Source: Bacteroidota bacterium (lineage in GTDB: Bacteria; Bacteroidota; Bacteroidia; AKYH767-A; OLB10). Taken from it: DNA of 64,000 nucleotides. A model generated the notes under the pieces. The model was not told where the DNA came from and did not search any database. It saw only the letters and a program-made list of their open reading frames with translations. The stretch is taken from NCBI GenBank assembly GCA_016717325.1, contig JADKFV010000054.1, forward strand, positions 8,788 to 72,787, written 5' to 3'. The translations under genes and the position numbers were made by a program. Below are positions 37,254 through 47,329 of the stretch, piece by piece (within the stretch, counting starts at the first letter, position 1; each line of letters begins with the position of its first letter).

Positions 37254-38282
37254 ATGGATAATATTTTAATCATATACACCGGTGGTACCATTGGCATGGT
37301 GAAAGATGCAATAACAGGTAGTTTGAAACCATTCGATTTTGGTGAAATATATGCCCGCATTCCCGAATTGCATGCATTTGATTGTCATATCGATTTCATT
37401 ACACTTGAGCCATTAATAGACTCCAGTGATGTAACAATTGACAACTGGGTTGAAATGGCTTTGCTCATCAAAAAAAACTATGCCCGTTACAAGGCGTTCA
37501 TCATTTTACATGGAACAGACACCATGGCTTACACTGCATCGGCTTTGAGTTTTATTTTGGAAGGGTTAAATAAGCCGGTAATACTTACAGGGTCGCAATT
37601 GCCAATAGGTGCAGTGCGAACCGATGCAAGGCTTAACCTTATTACAACCATCGAAATGGCTTATCAATGCATAAAGAAAAACCTTGGTTTGAGCGAAGTG
37701 TGCATTTGCTTTGATGATGTGCTAATGCGTGGCAACAGGTGCGAAAAATATTCATCTTCAAAGTTTTATGCCTTCAAATCAGAAAACTATCCTCCGCTGG
37801 CCGAAGCTGGTACAGAAATTGTTTTTCATCAGCAAAATTTTTTACCACGACCCAAAATCAAACTCCGTATACAGGAGCAGTTATGCAATGACATCGCATT
37901 GCTGAAAATTTATCCCGGAATGCCCAATTCGTTACTGGACTCTTATTTGAATAATAAAAAACTTAAAGCCATTGTAATAGAAACATTTGGTGCAGGTAAT
38001 GCTCCGGTTAACAAGTCATTCATTAATTTTATAGAAAAAGCCATCGCCAATAAACTGCTTGTTGTAAATGTTTCGCAATGTATAGGAGGCATGGTGGAAC
38101 CGGGAAAATATGCCGGAAGTTATAGACTCGATAAAACAGGGGTGCTAAATGGAAGTGATATGACAACAGAATCGGCAATCACAAAACTGATGTACTTATT
38201 CGGGAAAAACCTGTCTTTGCAAACCATTAAAAAAAACATGACAATTTCTTTGCGAGGCGAAATGAGCGTATCTCCAATTTAG
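37254..38282 (+). CDS. ansA: Type I (cytoplasmic) L-asparaginase
   Basis: IIYTGGTIGM, HGTDTMAYTAS, PVILTGSQLP, ETFGAGN, DMTTESAITKLMYL. ATG 37254 preferred because the longer start lies inside the terminator. Confidence 0.93.
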   Translation: MDNILIIYTGGTIGMVKDAITGSLKPFDFGEIYARIPELHAFDCHIDFITLEPLIDSSDVTIDNWVEMALLIKKNYARYKAFIILHGTDTMAYTASALSFILEGLNKPVILTGSQLPIGAVRTDARLNLITTIEMAYQCIKKNLGLSEVCICFDDVLMRGNRCEKYSSSKFYAFKSENYPPLAEAGTEIVFHQQNFLPRPKIKLRIQEQLCNDIALLKIYPGMPNSLLDSYLNNKKLKAIVIETFGAGNAPVNKSFINFIEKAIANKLLVVNVSQCIGGMVEPGKYAGSYRLDKTGVLNGSDMTTESAITKLMYLFGKNLSLQTIKKNMTISLRGEMSVSPI

Positions 38283-38375
38283 CGATTGGTTAATAAAGGG
38301 TTAACTCATTTAAAATATATATTTCTACCAAAGCAATTATTGGTACTTTTGTAATTCCTTTTTAAGAAGAAAACA

Positions 38376-39976
38376 ATGTTTAAAAATCTCTATTTATTAT
38401 CGCAATATTTTGCTGTTCTATATTCGCGACAAAGGCACAGGAAAAAATCAACAATCTATCCGACTATTCGCGAAAGCTTTCAGCATTATTTCAAATGGTG
38501 GATGACTATTATGTTGATACATTAAATGAAAGCAAAATTGTGGACGATGGCATTCGGGCAATTTTGAAAGACCTCGACCCGCACTCAGTATACATTCCAT
38601 CTGATGAACTTAAACAAACAAACGAACCTCTTGTTGGTAAATTTGAAGGAGTAGGCATTCAGTTTAATATCCTGTATGATACCATTTTAGTAAGCAATAC
38701 AGTTCCGGGTGGCCCGTCCGAAAAGCTTGGCATACGCAGTGGCGACCGCATTGTAAAAATTGAAGATGAAGTGGTAGCTGGAATAAAAATTAAAAACAAT
38801 GATGTAATAAAAAGACTGCGTGGCGATAAAGGCACAAAAGTAAAAGTAAGTATTTTGCGCAGAGGCGAACGCGAGCTATTGGATTATGTTATAACACGCG
38901 ATAAAATTCCATTATTTAGTGTTGATGCCTCGTATGTCATAGCACCAAAAACTGGATACATAAAAATTTCGCGATTTGCCGATTCTACTGTTGAAGAATT
39001 TAAAACTGCGCTCGACTCATTGAAACAACAAGGTATAGAAAACCTCATTCTTGATTTACAAGGAAACGGTGGTGGATATTTATCACGTGCTATAGAGCTT
39101 GCAGATGAGTTTTTGAGCGACAAAAAACTCGTAGTATATACCGAAGGGCGCAACAACCCACGGCAAGAAAATCTTTCTACCAGCATTGGTGGATGGGAAA
39201 AAGGACGATTAGCAATACTGGTTGACGAATCATCGGCATCGGCAAGTGAGATAGTTTCGGGCGCCATTCAAGATTGGGATCGTGGACTTATTGTTGGCCG
39301 TAGATCGTTTGGTAAAGGATTGGTTCAAAAGCCTTTTGGCTTGCCTGATGGTTCGGCAGTGCGATTAACCATTGCCCGATATTATACTCCATCGGGTCGT
39401 TGTATACAAAAATCTTATTCCAATGGCGATGAGGATTACGACCTTGAATTGGCAGAGCGTACAAAGCGTGGTGAATTATTTTATGCTGATAGTCTTCCAA
39501 AAATCGATTCATTAAAAAAGTTTACAAATAATAAACGATTAGTTTATGGTGGCGGTGGAATTACGCCAGATGTATTTGTACCACTCGATACCAATATGAA
39601 CAGCAAGTATTATCGCGATCTGGTACGTAAAGGCCTCATCAATGAGTACACACTCGACTACATGGATAGCCACCGCAAAGAGTTAGTAGCAGCTTATAGC
39701 GATGCCAATACTTTTAAAAATCAATTTGTGGTAGATGAAAAGCTTATGGACGATTTTTTTGCCTATTGCGATAAGCATGATTTGAAAAAAGATGAGGAAG
39801 GATATAAAATCTCGAAAGTAATTATTCAATCTTCCATTAAAGGTCTTATTGCACGTAACTTATGGAATTTAAATGCCTATTTTGTGATACTGAACGATGA
39901 AAATGATGCTGCACAGGCCGCTATAAAAGCCATGACCGATAAGAGTTTTGAAAAGAATAAAATTGCCTGGAAATAA
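38376..39976 (+). CDS. S41A C-terminal processing protease (CtpA/Prc-like); probable missing A at 38382-38386
   Basis: LDPHS.Y, GVGIQF, PDZ domain, LILDLQGNGGG, SASASEIVSGAIQD, SFGKG. A signal peptide MFKKSLFIIAIFCCSIFATKAQ appears if one A is added. Confidence 0.92.
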
Positions 39977-40007
39977 TTTTTTAAGCAATCTCCTAAAACC
40001 AAAAACA

Positions 40008-40394
40008 TTGAAAGACCAACTTATAGGCTACGCGAAAAAACTCGTGCTCACAGGCTTGTTGGCCACACTCATAATTTACCTTGTGCAAATGGTATTACCT
40101 GCAAAATGGCAAGTACCTGCACCATGGGTATTGGTGGTTTTTTTCTTTATTATGTGCTTAGGCTTTTATGCAGGTTTATTATTTAGCTCCGAGGGCAACC
40201 CAAAAGGATTTGTGCGGTTTTACATGGTTGGCACTTTTTTAAAGCTATTAATATTTTTAGGTGTAATTATTTTCTTCGGGCTCATAAAACCTGACTTTGC
40301 CCTGGGTTTCACTTTCAACTTCTTTATCATTTATCTGGTATTTACAGTTTTTGAAGTGGCATTTTTGTATCATCGTTTTAAAAAAAACGAATAG
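40008..40394 (+). CDS. Four-TM hypothetical membrane protein (start uncertain: 39948 or 40008)
   Basis: Four hydrophobic helices with F...YM..TFLKLL and IYLVFTVFEV, reminiscent of Bacteroidota AtpI-like/DUF6168 proteins. Confidence 0.65.
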   Translation: MKDQLIGYAKKLVLTGLLATLIIYLVQMVLPAKWQVPAPWVLVVFFFIMCLGFYAGLLFSSEGNPKGFVRFYMVGTFLKLLIFLGVIIFFGLIKPDFALGFTFNFFIIYLVFTVFEVAFLYHRFKKNE

Positions 40395-40440
40395 AGTTTT
40401 TGTTTTTTACTTTTATTTGTACTTTCGCGCTCCGTTTTAT

Positions 40441-40511
40441 TGACCGATGGTGTAATGGTAACACAGCAGATTTTGATTCTGTCATTCTAGGTTCGAGCCC
40501 TAGTCGGTCAA
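40441..40511 (+). tRNA. trnQ: tRNA-Gln (TTG)
   Basis: Acceptor stem TGACCGA/TCGGTCA, anticodon arm GCAGA-TT-TTG-AT-TCTGT, T-loop GGTTCGAGCC. CCA is not encoded. Confidence 0.97.
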
Positions 40512-40520
40512 CAAAATATA

Positions 40521-40555
40521 AAAGTCCCTTGATATAAATTATCAGGGGATTTTTT
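40521..40555 (+). terminator. Terminator after the tRNA, facing the convergent DUF4126 gene
   Basis: GTCCCTTGAT/ATCAGGGGAT stem with wobble pairs, followed by a T run. Confidence 0.65.
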
Positions 40556-40657
40556 GTTTTAAATTGTGATTTGTTTTTTGCCTTCCCAAATCAACTGGTT
40601 TTCGTTATTCTCTTTTCAAATTGATTTACAAATTTCACAAACTTGCAATCAATCAAG

Positions 40658-41224
40658 CTATGATACTTTATCTTTTCCGCCTAATCCTCCGAAAAACAAA
40701 AAGCTAACCACAAGGAAAATAATTCCTGCAATTAAAGGAAGTATGATTGAAATAATACTAGCAACAATGGCAATTGTGCTTTCTACCATTGCAAAAAACG
40801 GATTGGCAGTTCCTCCCGTTGTTGCTGTCGATGTTCCTCGAAACAATGTAGTTGCCGTTTGTAGCAATCCTGCACTGCCACCACCCACAAGCAAAGCAAG
40901 TGTCCACTGCATCATCGGGTCGATATTGAATAGTGTACTGGCACTCAAAATTGTGCCTGCAACTATACTGGCTGGTGTAGTAATGGTATCGAGTAAATGG
41001 TCTACAAATGGAATCTTATATGCTAATATTTCTACAAATGCGGCAATGCCAAAACCCGCTATACTTGTATAATTGCCCAACCACACAAATTGTTCATTTA
41101 CACCAAGCCATCCCATTCGTAACGCAATGCCTGCAAACAGCATGGGTACAAATACGCGCAATCCACAACATGCGCTAAGACCTAAACCCATCAATAAACT
41201 TAAGGCAATTTCTTTCCACTCCAT
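40658..41224 (-). CDS. DUF4126-family membrane protein
   Basis: GLGLSACCGLRVFVP, EILAYKIPFVDHLLDTI..P...AG, STATTGG.AN...A..E. Confidence 0.88.
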   Translation of the reverse strand: MEWKEIALSLLMGLGLSACCGLRVFVPMLFAGIALRMGWLGVNEQFVWLGNYTSIAGFGIAAFVEILAYKIPFVDHLLDTITTPASIVAGTILSASTLFNIDPMMQWTLALLVGGGSAGLLQTATTLFRGTSTATTGGTANPFFAMVESTIAIVASIISIILPLIAGIIFLVVSFLFFGGLGGKDKVS

Positions 41225-41378
41225 AGTGTATATTTTATTTCAAAGTTAGTCTAATTTATAAACACATCATGGCAAAAAACTAAAAAGCAATGCTGCCCCA
41301 AAAAAAATAATTATCATTTTGCCACCACAATGTATGCAGTATACAAATAGTTACTTTTACGCCTTCAAAAAAAATGAT

Positions 41379-42164
41379 ATGAATATTGATTTACAAAAAA
41401 AGCGTGCGTTGGTATGTGGCAGCACGCAGGGAATAGGTAAAGCTGTTGCAATTGCATTGGCAGAATTGGAATGCAATGTAACCTTACTTGCCCGCAACGA
41501 AAACGTATTGAAAGAAGTGGTAAAAGAGTTGCCATCATTTGCAGGGCAACAACACGATTACATAGTGGGCGATTTTGCTTTTCCTCAAGAGTTGAAACAA
41601 AAAGTGGCACAATATATTGACGAAAAAATGCAATACATATTTTGATAAACAATACCGAGGTCCACTGCCGGGCCGGCCGCTACCGCCACTGTAGAAGAAT
41701 TTACTGCCGCATTTACCAACCACCTTATTTGCAATCATTTACTGGTGCAGGAATGCCTCGAAGGAATGAAGGCTGCAAACTATGGCCGAATCATCAATAT
41801 TATTTCTACTTCGGTAAAGCAACCTATAAAAGGATTGGGCGTGTCGAACACCATACGGGCTGCCGTTGCCAATTGGGCCAAAACATTATCGCACGAAGTG
41901 GCTCGTTATGGCATTACTGTAAACAATGTGTTGCCGGGAGCCACCAATACTGCACGACTTACAAATATCATTGAAGATAAATCGAAAAAAACCGGACGTG
42001 CGTTTAATGATGTAACGCGAGAAATGCTGGCCGAAATTCCTGCCGGACGTTTTGCCGAAGCTGTGGAAATTGCCGAAGCTGTAGCTTTTTTAGCTTCACC
42101 GGCTGCAGGATATATCAATGGTATAAACCTTCCGGTGGATGGTGGCCGTACTTTATCTTTGTAA
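41379..42164 (+). CDS. Short-chain dehydrogenase/reductase (FabG-like); three single-base deletions at 41623-41669
   Basis: CGSTQGIG, GRIINIIS, SNTIRAAVANWAK, GITVNNVLPG, YINGINLPVDGG. Adding three bases restores KNAIHILINNTGGPPAGP. Confidence 0.88.
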
Positions 42165-42261
42165 GTCAAGTTTCAATATCTTATCTAACTATTGGCACAA
42201 GTGTAAGCCTTTATTACATTTGCCAGCGAGTGATAAACAGTCTATTCTGAACAAACATTTT

Positions 42262-43257
42262 ATGGTAGGACAAATTAACAGTAACTATATACGTACCCGC
42301 TGGACGAAGTTTTTTTCGCGCATGTTATCATATGCTTTTTTCGAAGGACGACCGGTTACCACCGCAGGGCAATGGATAAACCCTATTGTATTTGCCAATA
42401 TGAGTTTTGCTAAATTGGGGTTAATAAAAAAGAAAGTAGAACAACCCACTTTCATATTGGGCACCGGCCGCAGCGGTACAACTATACTAGGCATAGTAAT
42501 GTCGATGCACCGCGATGTAGCATTTTTGAACGAGCCTAAAGCCCTTTGGCATTCGGTATTTAAAAACGAAGATTTAATAGGAAGTTATACACGCGAAAAT
42601 GCCTTGTACGAATTGCATGAATCGGATGCACAACCCGAAGCGATAAAAAAAATGCACAACATTTTTGGGTTTTATCTGAGTACAGTTTTTTCAAAACGGG
42701 TGTGGGATAAATATCCTGAACTTGTTTTTCGTATGGACTTTGTAAAAAAAATATTTCCCGATTTTAAAGCCATATTTTTGTATCGCAATGGCTGGGATAC
42801 TGCCATTTCTTCGGCAGGGTGGAGCGATATACATGGCGAACAAAAAGGCGAAGAAACACACAACTGGTGGGGTGTAAATAATAGAAAATGGGATTTACTT
42901 TGCGACCAAATAGTATCGAAAGACATTGACCTTGCACCTCATTGGCAGGAGATAAAATTATTTACCAGCGAGCTCGATAAGTCTATTGTTGAGTGGATTG
43001 TATCAATGCGATTTGGAATAGATGCCTGCAAAAAATATCCCAACCATGTGTTGCCTGTTCGGTACGAAGACCTTGCTGCACATCCTCAAAAAACCATAAA
43101 TGAAATTTGCACTTTTTGTAACTTGAGTGATGATGCAAAACTGATGGAGTATGCCATTGAAACTTTGAAACCCGTTCCATCGAAAAAGCCTGTCGAAATT
43201 AATCCGCTGCTCAAAGATGCTTTCATGAAAATAATGAAAGAAATGACATACGATTAA
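42262..43257 (+). CDS. PAPS-dependent sulfotransferase (Sulfotransfer_3-like)
   Basis: 5'-PSB loop FILGTGRSGTTIL, LNEP, WDKYP, 3'-PB motif LYRNGWD, VRYEDL...P. ATG 42262 preferred over 42139, which overlaps the SDR. Confidence 0.88.
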   Translation: MVGQINSNYIRTRWTKFFSRMLSYAFFEGRPVTTAGQWINPIVFANMSFAKLGLIKKKVEQPTFILGTGRSGTTILGIVMSMHRDVAFLNEPKALWHSVFKNEDLIGSYTRENALYELHESDAQPEAIKKMHNIFGFYLSTVFSKRVWDKYPELVFRMDFVKKIFPDFKAIFLYRNGWDTAISSAGWSDIHGEQKGEETHNWWGVNNRKWDLLCDQIVSKDIDLAPHWQEIKLFTSELDKSIVEWIVSMRFGIDACKKYPNHVLPVRYEDLAAHPQKTINEICTFCNLSDDAKLMEYAIETLKPVPSKKPVEINPLLKDAFMKIMKEMTYD

Positions 43258-43344
43258 CCGGATTTCCGCTATTTTTTTTAGCGAACTTCGTTTCATTACA
43301 AATCTAAACTTCAAATCTTTTTATTTTTTGCGTATCTTTAAATC

Positions 43345-43980
43345 ATGATACAAGTGCTTATTATACTTTTTTGTGCGGCTGTGGTAAGCTTTGTTGGTTC
43401 GCTTCAACTGGGCCCTGTAAATGTGATGGTGATAAATACTGTGTTATACCAAAACAGTCGTTCAGCTTGGCTTGTGGCATTAGGTGGTTGCATTCCCGAG
43501 TTTATATACAGCGCATTGGCAGTTTATTTTGGGCAACATTTTGTAAGCAACAGTGTGTTGAATAAAGCACTTAGCATTGTTAGTATTATTTTGTTCGCAG
43601 CAATGGGTGTGTTTTTCATTTTTAAAAAAGCTAAAGCCATTTCGCTCGAAAGCAATTCATTACAAAAAGCGAATACGGCACATAATTTTTATAAAGGATT
43701 TGCATTAGCATCTTTCAATCCGCAACTACTGCCATTTTGGTTTTTTATTTTTTTAGCTTTCAATGATATTACACTTTTAAAAGTATCCTCGTCAATACAA
43801 AAACTTGCATTTGTCCTTGGTTCAGGTGTAGGTGCTTTCGCTTTGCTGAGCCTTTTTATTTTCCTGACACATAAATATAAAACCAAAATTATATCGAAGA
43901 TTAATTTATCGCAAATCAATATTGCCATTGGAGTTTTTTTTCTTATAATTGCATTAAGGCAATTGATAAGCATAATATGA
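43345..43980 (+). CDS. LysE/RhtB-family transporter
   Basis: SFVGSLQLGPVN..VI, about six TM helices, GF.LAS.NPQ.LPFW. Confidence 0.85.
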   Translation: MIQVLIILFCAAVVSFVGSLQLGPVNVMVINTVLYQNSRSAWLVALGGCIPEFIYSALAVYFGQHFVSNSVLNKALSIVSIILFAAMGVFFIFKKAKAISLESNSLQKANTAHNFYKGFALASFNPQLLPFWFFIFLAFNDITLLKVSSSIQKLAFVLGSGVGAFALLSLFIFLTHKYKTKIISKINLSQINIAIGVFFLIIALRQLISII

Positions 43981-44663
43981 ATAGCGACAAAAAATTCTGG
44001 TATCTGCGTAACCACCAATTATACAACACCCTGAGCGATAATGAGCTTGATTCGCTGTGTATAATAGCATCTTATAAAGAAGGCAAAAAAGGCGATATCA
44101 TCAACTTTACCGATAGAGAGAATGAACTTTTGTACAGTGTAAAAGAAGGCACATTTAAAATATGTTATCAGGATGATAATGCCCACGAAATTATTTCCGA
44201 AATACTTACACAAGGTGATTTGTTTGGACGTATTCACCTTTCGCGAAAAGGAAACAATAATCGCGATGAATATGCAAAAGTGATAAGCGACACTTTTAAG
44301 ATTTGCAGTTTTGAAGCCGAAAAATTTAAAGAGATGTTGAAAAACAATCCCGACTTGTCACTTAAATATTCGGACTATATCAGCGAAAAAATGGAATCGT
44401 TTCAGATGAAATATACCGATTTGGTTTTTAAAGATGTATACACACGTGTAGCCGATTTTTATAAACGATATGCGTTTCATTCCGCCAAAGCAACGGGCAA
44501 TAGTGCCGATATGGAAATGATACTTACACACCAGGAAATTGCCGATTACATTGCCGCTTCACGTCAAACGGTTACTCAAATAATTAACACCCTTGTGGCT
44601 GAAGGCAAAATAATTTATCAGGGTCGCAAGCGCGTTATTATTCCCGATATGCAAAAATTATAG
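43977..44663 (+). CDS. Crp/Fnr-family transcriptional regulator
   Basis: cNMP-binding fold (LY.VKEG..KI, L..GD.FG) and HTH LTHQEIADYIAASRQTVT. ATGA overlap with the lysE stop. Confidence 0.92.
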   Translation: MNSDKKFWYLRNHQLYNTLSDNELDSLCIIASYKEGKKGDIINFTDRENELLYSVKEGTFKICYQDDNAHEIISEILTQGDLFGRIHLSRKGNNNRDEYAKVISDTFKICSFEAEKFKEMLKNNPDLSLKYSDYISEKMESFQMKYTDLVFKDVYTRVADFYKRYAFHSAKATGNSADMEMILTHQEIADYIAASRQTVTQIINTLVAEGKIIYQGRKRVIIPDMQKL

Positions 44664-44684
44664 CCTTTAAATTTCTCCGGCTTG

Positions 44685-44729
44685 TGTCGTTTATGTGACA
44701 TAGTGTTTTGCATATGCATAGTACATTTG
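44685..44729 (+). promoter_or_regulatory. Candidate Crp/Fnr operator and -7 promoter box of the dinB operon
   Basis: Imperfect 16-bp palindrome TGTCG-TTTATG-TGACA at 44685-44700. TACATTTG (TAnnTTTG) at 44722-44729. Confidence 0.55.
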
Positions 44730-44817
44730 CCTTATAAGAAATGAATTTGTATTTTTAGAAAAAATTAAATCGCCTCAAACCAGAATCGTAAATATCACTA
44801 CATAATATTTGAAAATA

Positions 44818-45324
44818 ATGTTACACCTCATAGCCAAAAAATATCTTACCGATCTTGCTAATGTTTTGCATCAAATAAAAGACAACGATTATTGCCGGCC
44901 GATAGCGGTATTTGATAATGGCAGTGTTGGCAAGCATGTGCGGCATATTTTAGAATTTTATAAATGCCTTATTATTGCAAATAAAAATAACGATGTTATT
45001 TGTTACGACAACCGTGAACGCAATTTATTGATAGAAGAAAATGTGCGTTTTGCAATTGATAATATTACAGAAATCATTGACGATATTTCTTCAATAGAAC
45101 AAAACAAACGCATGCTGTTAAAGTCCGTTTATAATGATGCAGAAATTAATACAGAAACAACATTATTGCGCGAACTTACTTACAACATAGAACATACTGT
45201 TCATCATCTTGCTTTAATTCGCATTGGTATTGTTGCCGAATGCAGCTATATTAAAATAGACAAAACTTTTGGTTATGCCGACAGCACGGTGCAATATTTA
45301 AAAACCTTACAAGCGGTTTCGTAA
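44818..45324 (+). CDS. DinB-family protein
   Basis: SVGKHVRHILEFY and REL....EHTVHHLALI give the His triad of the DinB/YfiT four-helix fold. Alternative TTG start at 44809. Confidence 0.85.
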   Translation: MLHLIAKKYLTDLANVLHQIKDNDYCRPIAVFDNGSVGKHVRHILEFYKCLIIANKNNDVICYDNRERNLLIEENVRFAIDNITEIIDDISSIEQNKRMLLKSVYNDAEINTETTLLRELTYNIEHTVHHLALIRIGIVAECSYIKIDKTFGYADSTVQYLKTLQAVS

Positions 45325-45328
45325 GCGC

Positions 45329-46039
45329 ATGTGTACAGTTACTTTTCTTCCATTATCAAATCAAAATTTTATACTTACATCTAATCGCGATGAAGATGTA
45401 AACCGTGCACAAGCTTTGCCTGTAGCTCAATACCAGCATTACGATACAAATATATTTTACCCCAAAGATGGCAAAGCAAATGGCACCTGGATTGCCGCTT
45501 CTACAACGGGCATTACACTTTGTCTGCTTAATGGGGCGTTTGTAAAACATTCATTCGGGCAAACATACCGCATAAGCCGGGGCATTGTTTTGCTCGATTT
45601 TTTCAAGTACAATGATGTGATGGATTATACACAATCCTATAATTTCGACAATATTGAACCCTTTACAAGGGTGATAGTTGACAACCGACAAGATCTGTTG
45701 CACCTGCACGAAATGCGATGGGATGGCAATACCATGCATGTAAAACAAATGGACGCCATGCTTACACACATTTGGTCATCGGTTACATTGTACAGTGCCG
45801 AAATTATTAAGCAGCGAGAGAATTGGTTCGAATCGTGGTTGCAAACAAACAATGATTTTACACCCGAAAACATTTTAATGTTTCATCACTTTGGTGGCGA
45901 TGGCGATAAAAATTCGGACCTGGTGATGAACCGCGGATTTGTAAAAACAGTAAGCATTACCTGCATACATAAAACTAATGCCGGCAGCGAAATAATTTAC
46001 GAAGATGTGATTCAAAAAAATTGCATCGCAACCTTGTGA
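45329..46039 (+). CDS. NRDE-family (TANGO2-like) protein
   Basis: N-terminal MCT, signature SNRDE, GTWI, CLLNG, SRG.V.LD, IWSS.TLY, TVS. Confidence 0.92.
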   Translation: MCTVTFLPLSNQNFILTSNRDEDVNRAQALPVAQYQHYDTNIFYPKDGKANGTWIAASTTGITLCLLNGAFVKHSFGQTYRISRGIVLLDFFKYNDVMDYTQSYNFDNIEPFTRVIVDNRQDLLHLHEMRWDGNTMHVKQMDAMLTHIWSSVTLYSAEIIKQRENWFESWLQTNNDFTPENILMFHHFGGDGDKNSDLVMNRGFVKTVSITCIHKTNAGSEIIYEDVIQKNCIATL

Positions 46040-46048
46040 TATAAAACT

Positions 46049-47067
46049 ATGCGCCTTCCACTTTTTATTATTAAATATATCTATTACGAATATTGGCCGT
46101 GGTGGCTGTTTTATGTTCCTATGTTGCCGCTGTGGTTTTACCTTTCGTTGCGCAACCGCTCATTTGCTTATTTTAGTGTTACCAATCCGGGCATATACCT
46201 TGGTGGTTTTTTTGGTGAGAGTAAAAAAGATATTATGGCCCTTATCGATAATGCTTACATGGCACAATCGGTGTACATCGAAAACGAAATAGACTTTGAA
46301 AGTGTAAAAAGCAAAATTAAAAACATGCCATATCCGCTAATTGCTAAACCCGATATTGGTGAACGTGGCAATGATGTAGAAAAAATAATTGATCCAATTC
46401 AACTTCAACACTATCATTCAAAAATAAATGTTCCTTACATCATTCAGGAATTTATAACTTATGATATTGAGTTGGGAATACTTTATTCACGTATGCCAAA
46501 TGAGGAAAAAGGAAGAGTAAGTTCGGTTACTTTCAAAAAGTTTATGAGTGTGACGGGCGATGGAGTAAATACTGTTTTACAATTGATGCAGAAAAATACA
46601 CGTGCACGATTTCAAATAAAACGAATGCTATCCGAGCAAAATTCTTAATGCAATCCATTCCTGTCAAAGGTGAAACGCTTTTGTTAGAGCCCATTGGCAA
46701 TCATTGCCGCGGAACAGCGTTTGTAAATTATAATCATATTATTAATGAAGATTTGCATCGTGTTTTCGATAACATTTGCAAACCGATACAAGGATTTTAT
46801 TACGGCCGCTTCGACCTCAAAGTAAAAAGTATTGAAGATTTATATAAAGGCGAAAACATAAAAATTATGGAGCTCAATGGTGCCAGTTCCGAACCGGGGC
46901 ATATTTACGATAAACATTACACATTGCTAAAAGCCTATAAAGATTTATCGCAACATTGGATACGGCTAAGTAATATTTCGCGCTATAATATGCGAAATGG
47001 ATATAAGCCTGTTTCATTTTCAACAATAGTAAAAACCTATTTCAAGTTTATTGTTTTCAAAAAATAG
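46049..47067 (+). CDS. ATP-grasp (carboxylate-amine ligase-like) protein; one missing base at ~46645
   Basis: N-terminal hydrophobic segment, NPGI..GGF.GESK, PLIAKPDIGERG, IIQEFI, GRFDLK, IMELNGASSEPGHIYD. The two ORFs join as EQNSLMQSIP if one T is added. Confidence 0.85.
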
Positions 47068-47170
47068 GTTATCCAAACAGTTAGAATTTATTCGGCATTC
47101 ATTCGCGCATTCCCCAACACTGCGGTCGGGGCAGGCGTGGCAAAAAAAATGAGCTGCAAAGCATTTTTCT

Positions 47171-47289
47171 TTCCGTCATTGCGATCCTCTTTGCTCTCGT
47201 CATTGCGAGCGCAGCGAAGCAATCTCAGCGTCAACAAGTCCACTTCACGAGGAGGTTGCTTCAGTCGTTCCTCCTTCGCAATGACGGAA
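47171..47289. repeat. 119-bp palindromic REP/MITE-like element between convergent genes
   Basis: Perfect 14-bp terminal inverted repeat TTCCGTCATTGCGA/TCGCAATGACGGAA. Extra left-end copy at 47198. Inner stem GAAGCAATCTC/GAGGTTGCTTC. Confidence 0.8.
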
Positions 47290-47329
47290 GGAAATTAATC
47301 ACTCGTGGCAATAAAGCATTTGCATTTTA

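Noticed and set aside
40441-40560. tRNA as an integration site for an island
   Set aside because: No integrase next to it and no duplicated tRNA 3' end found elsewhere in the window.
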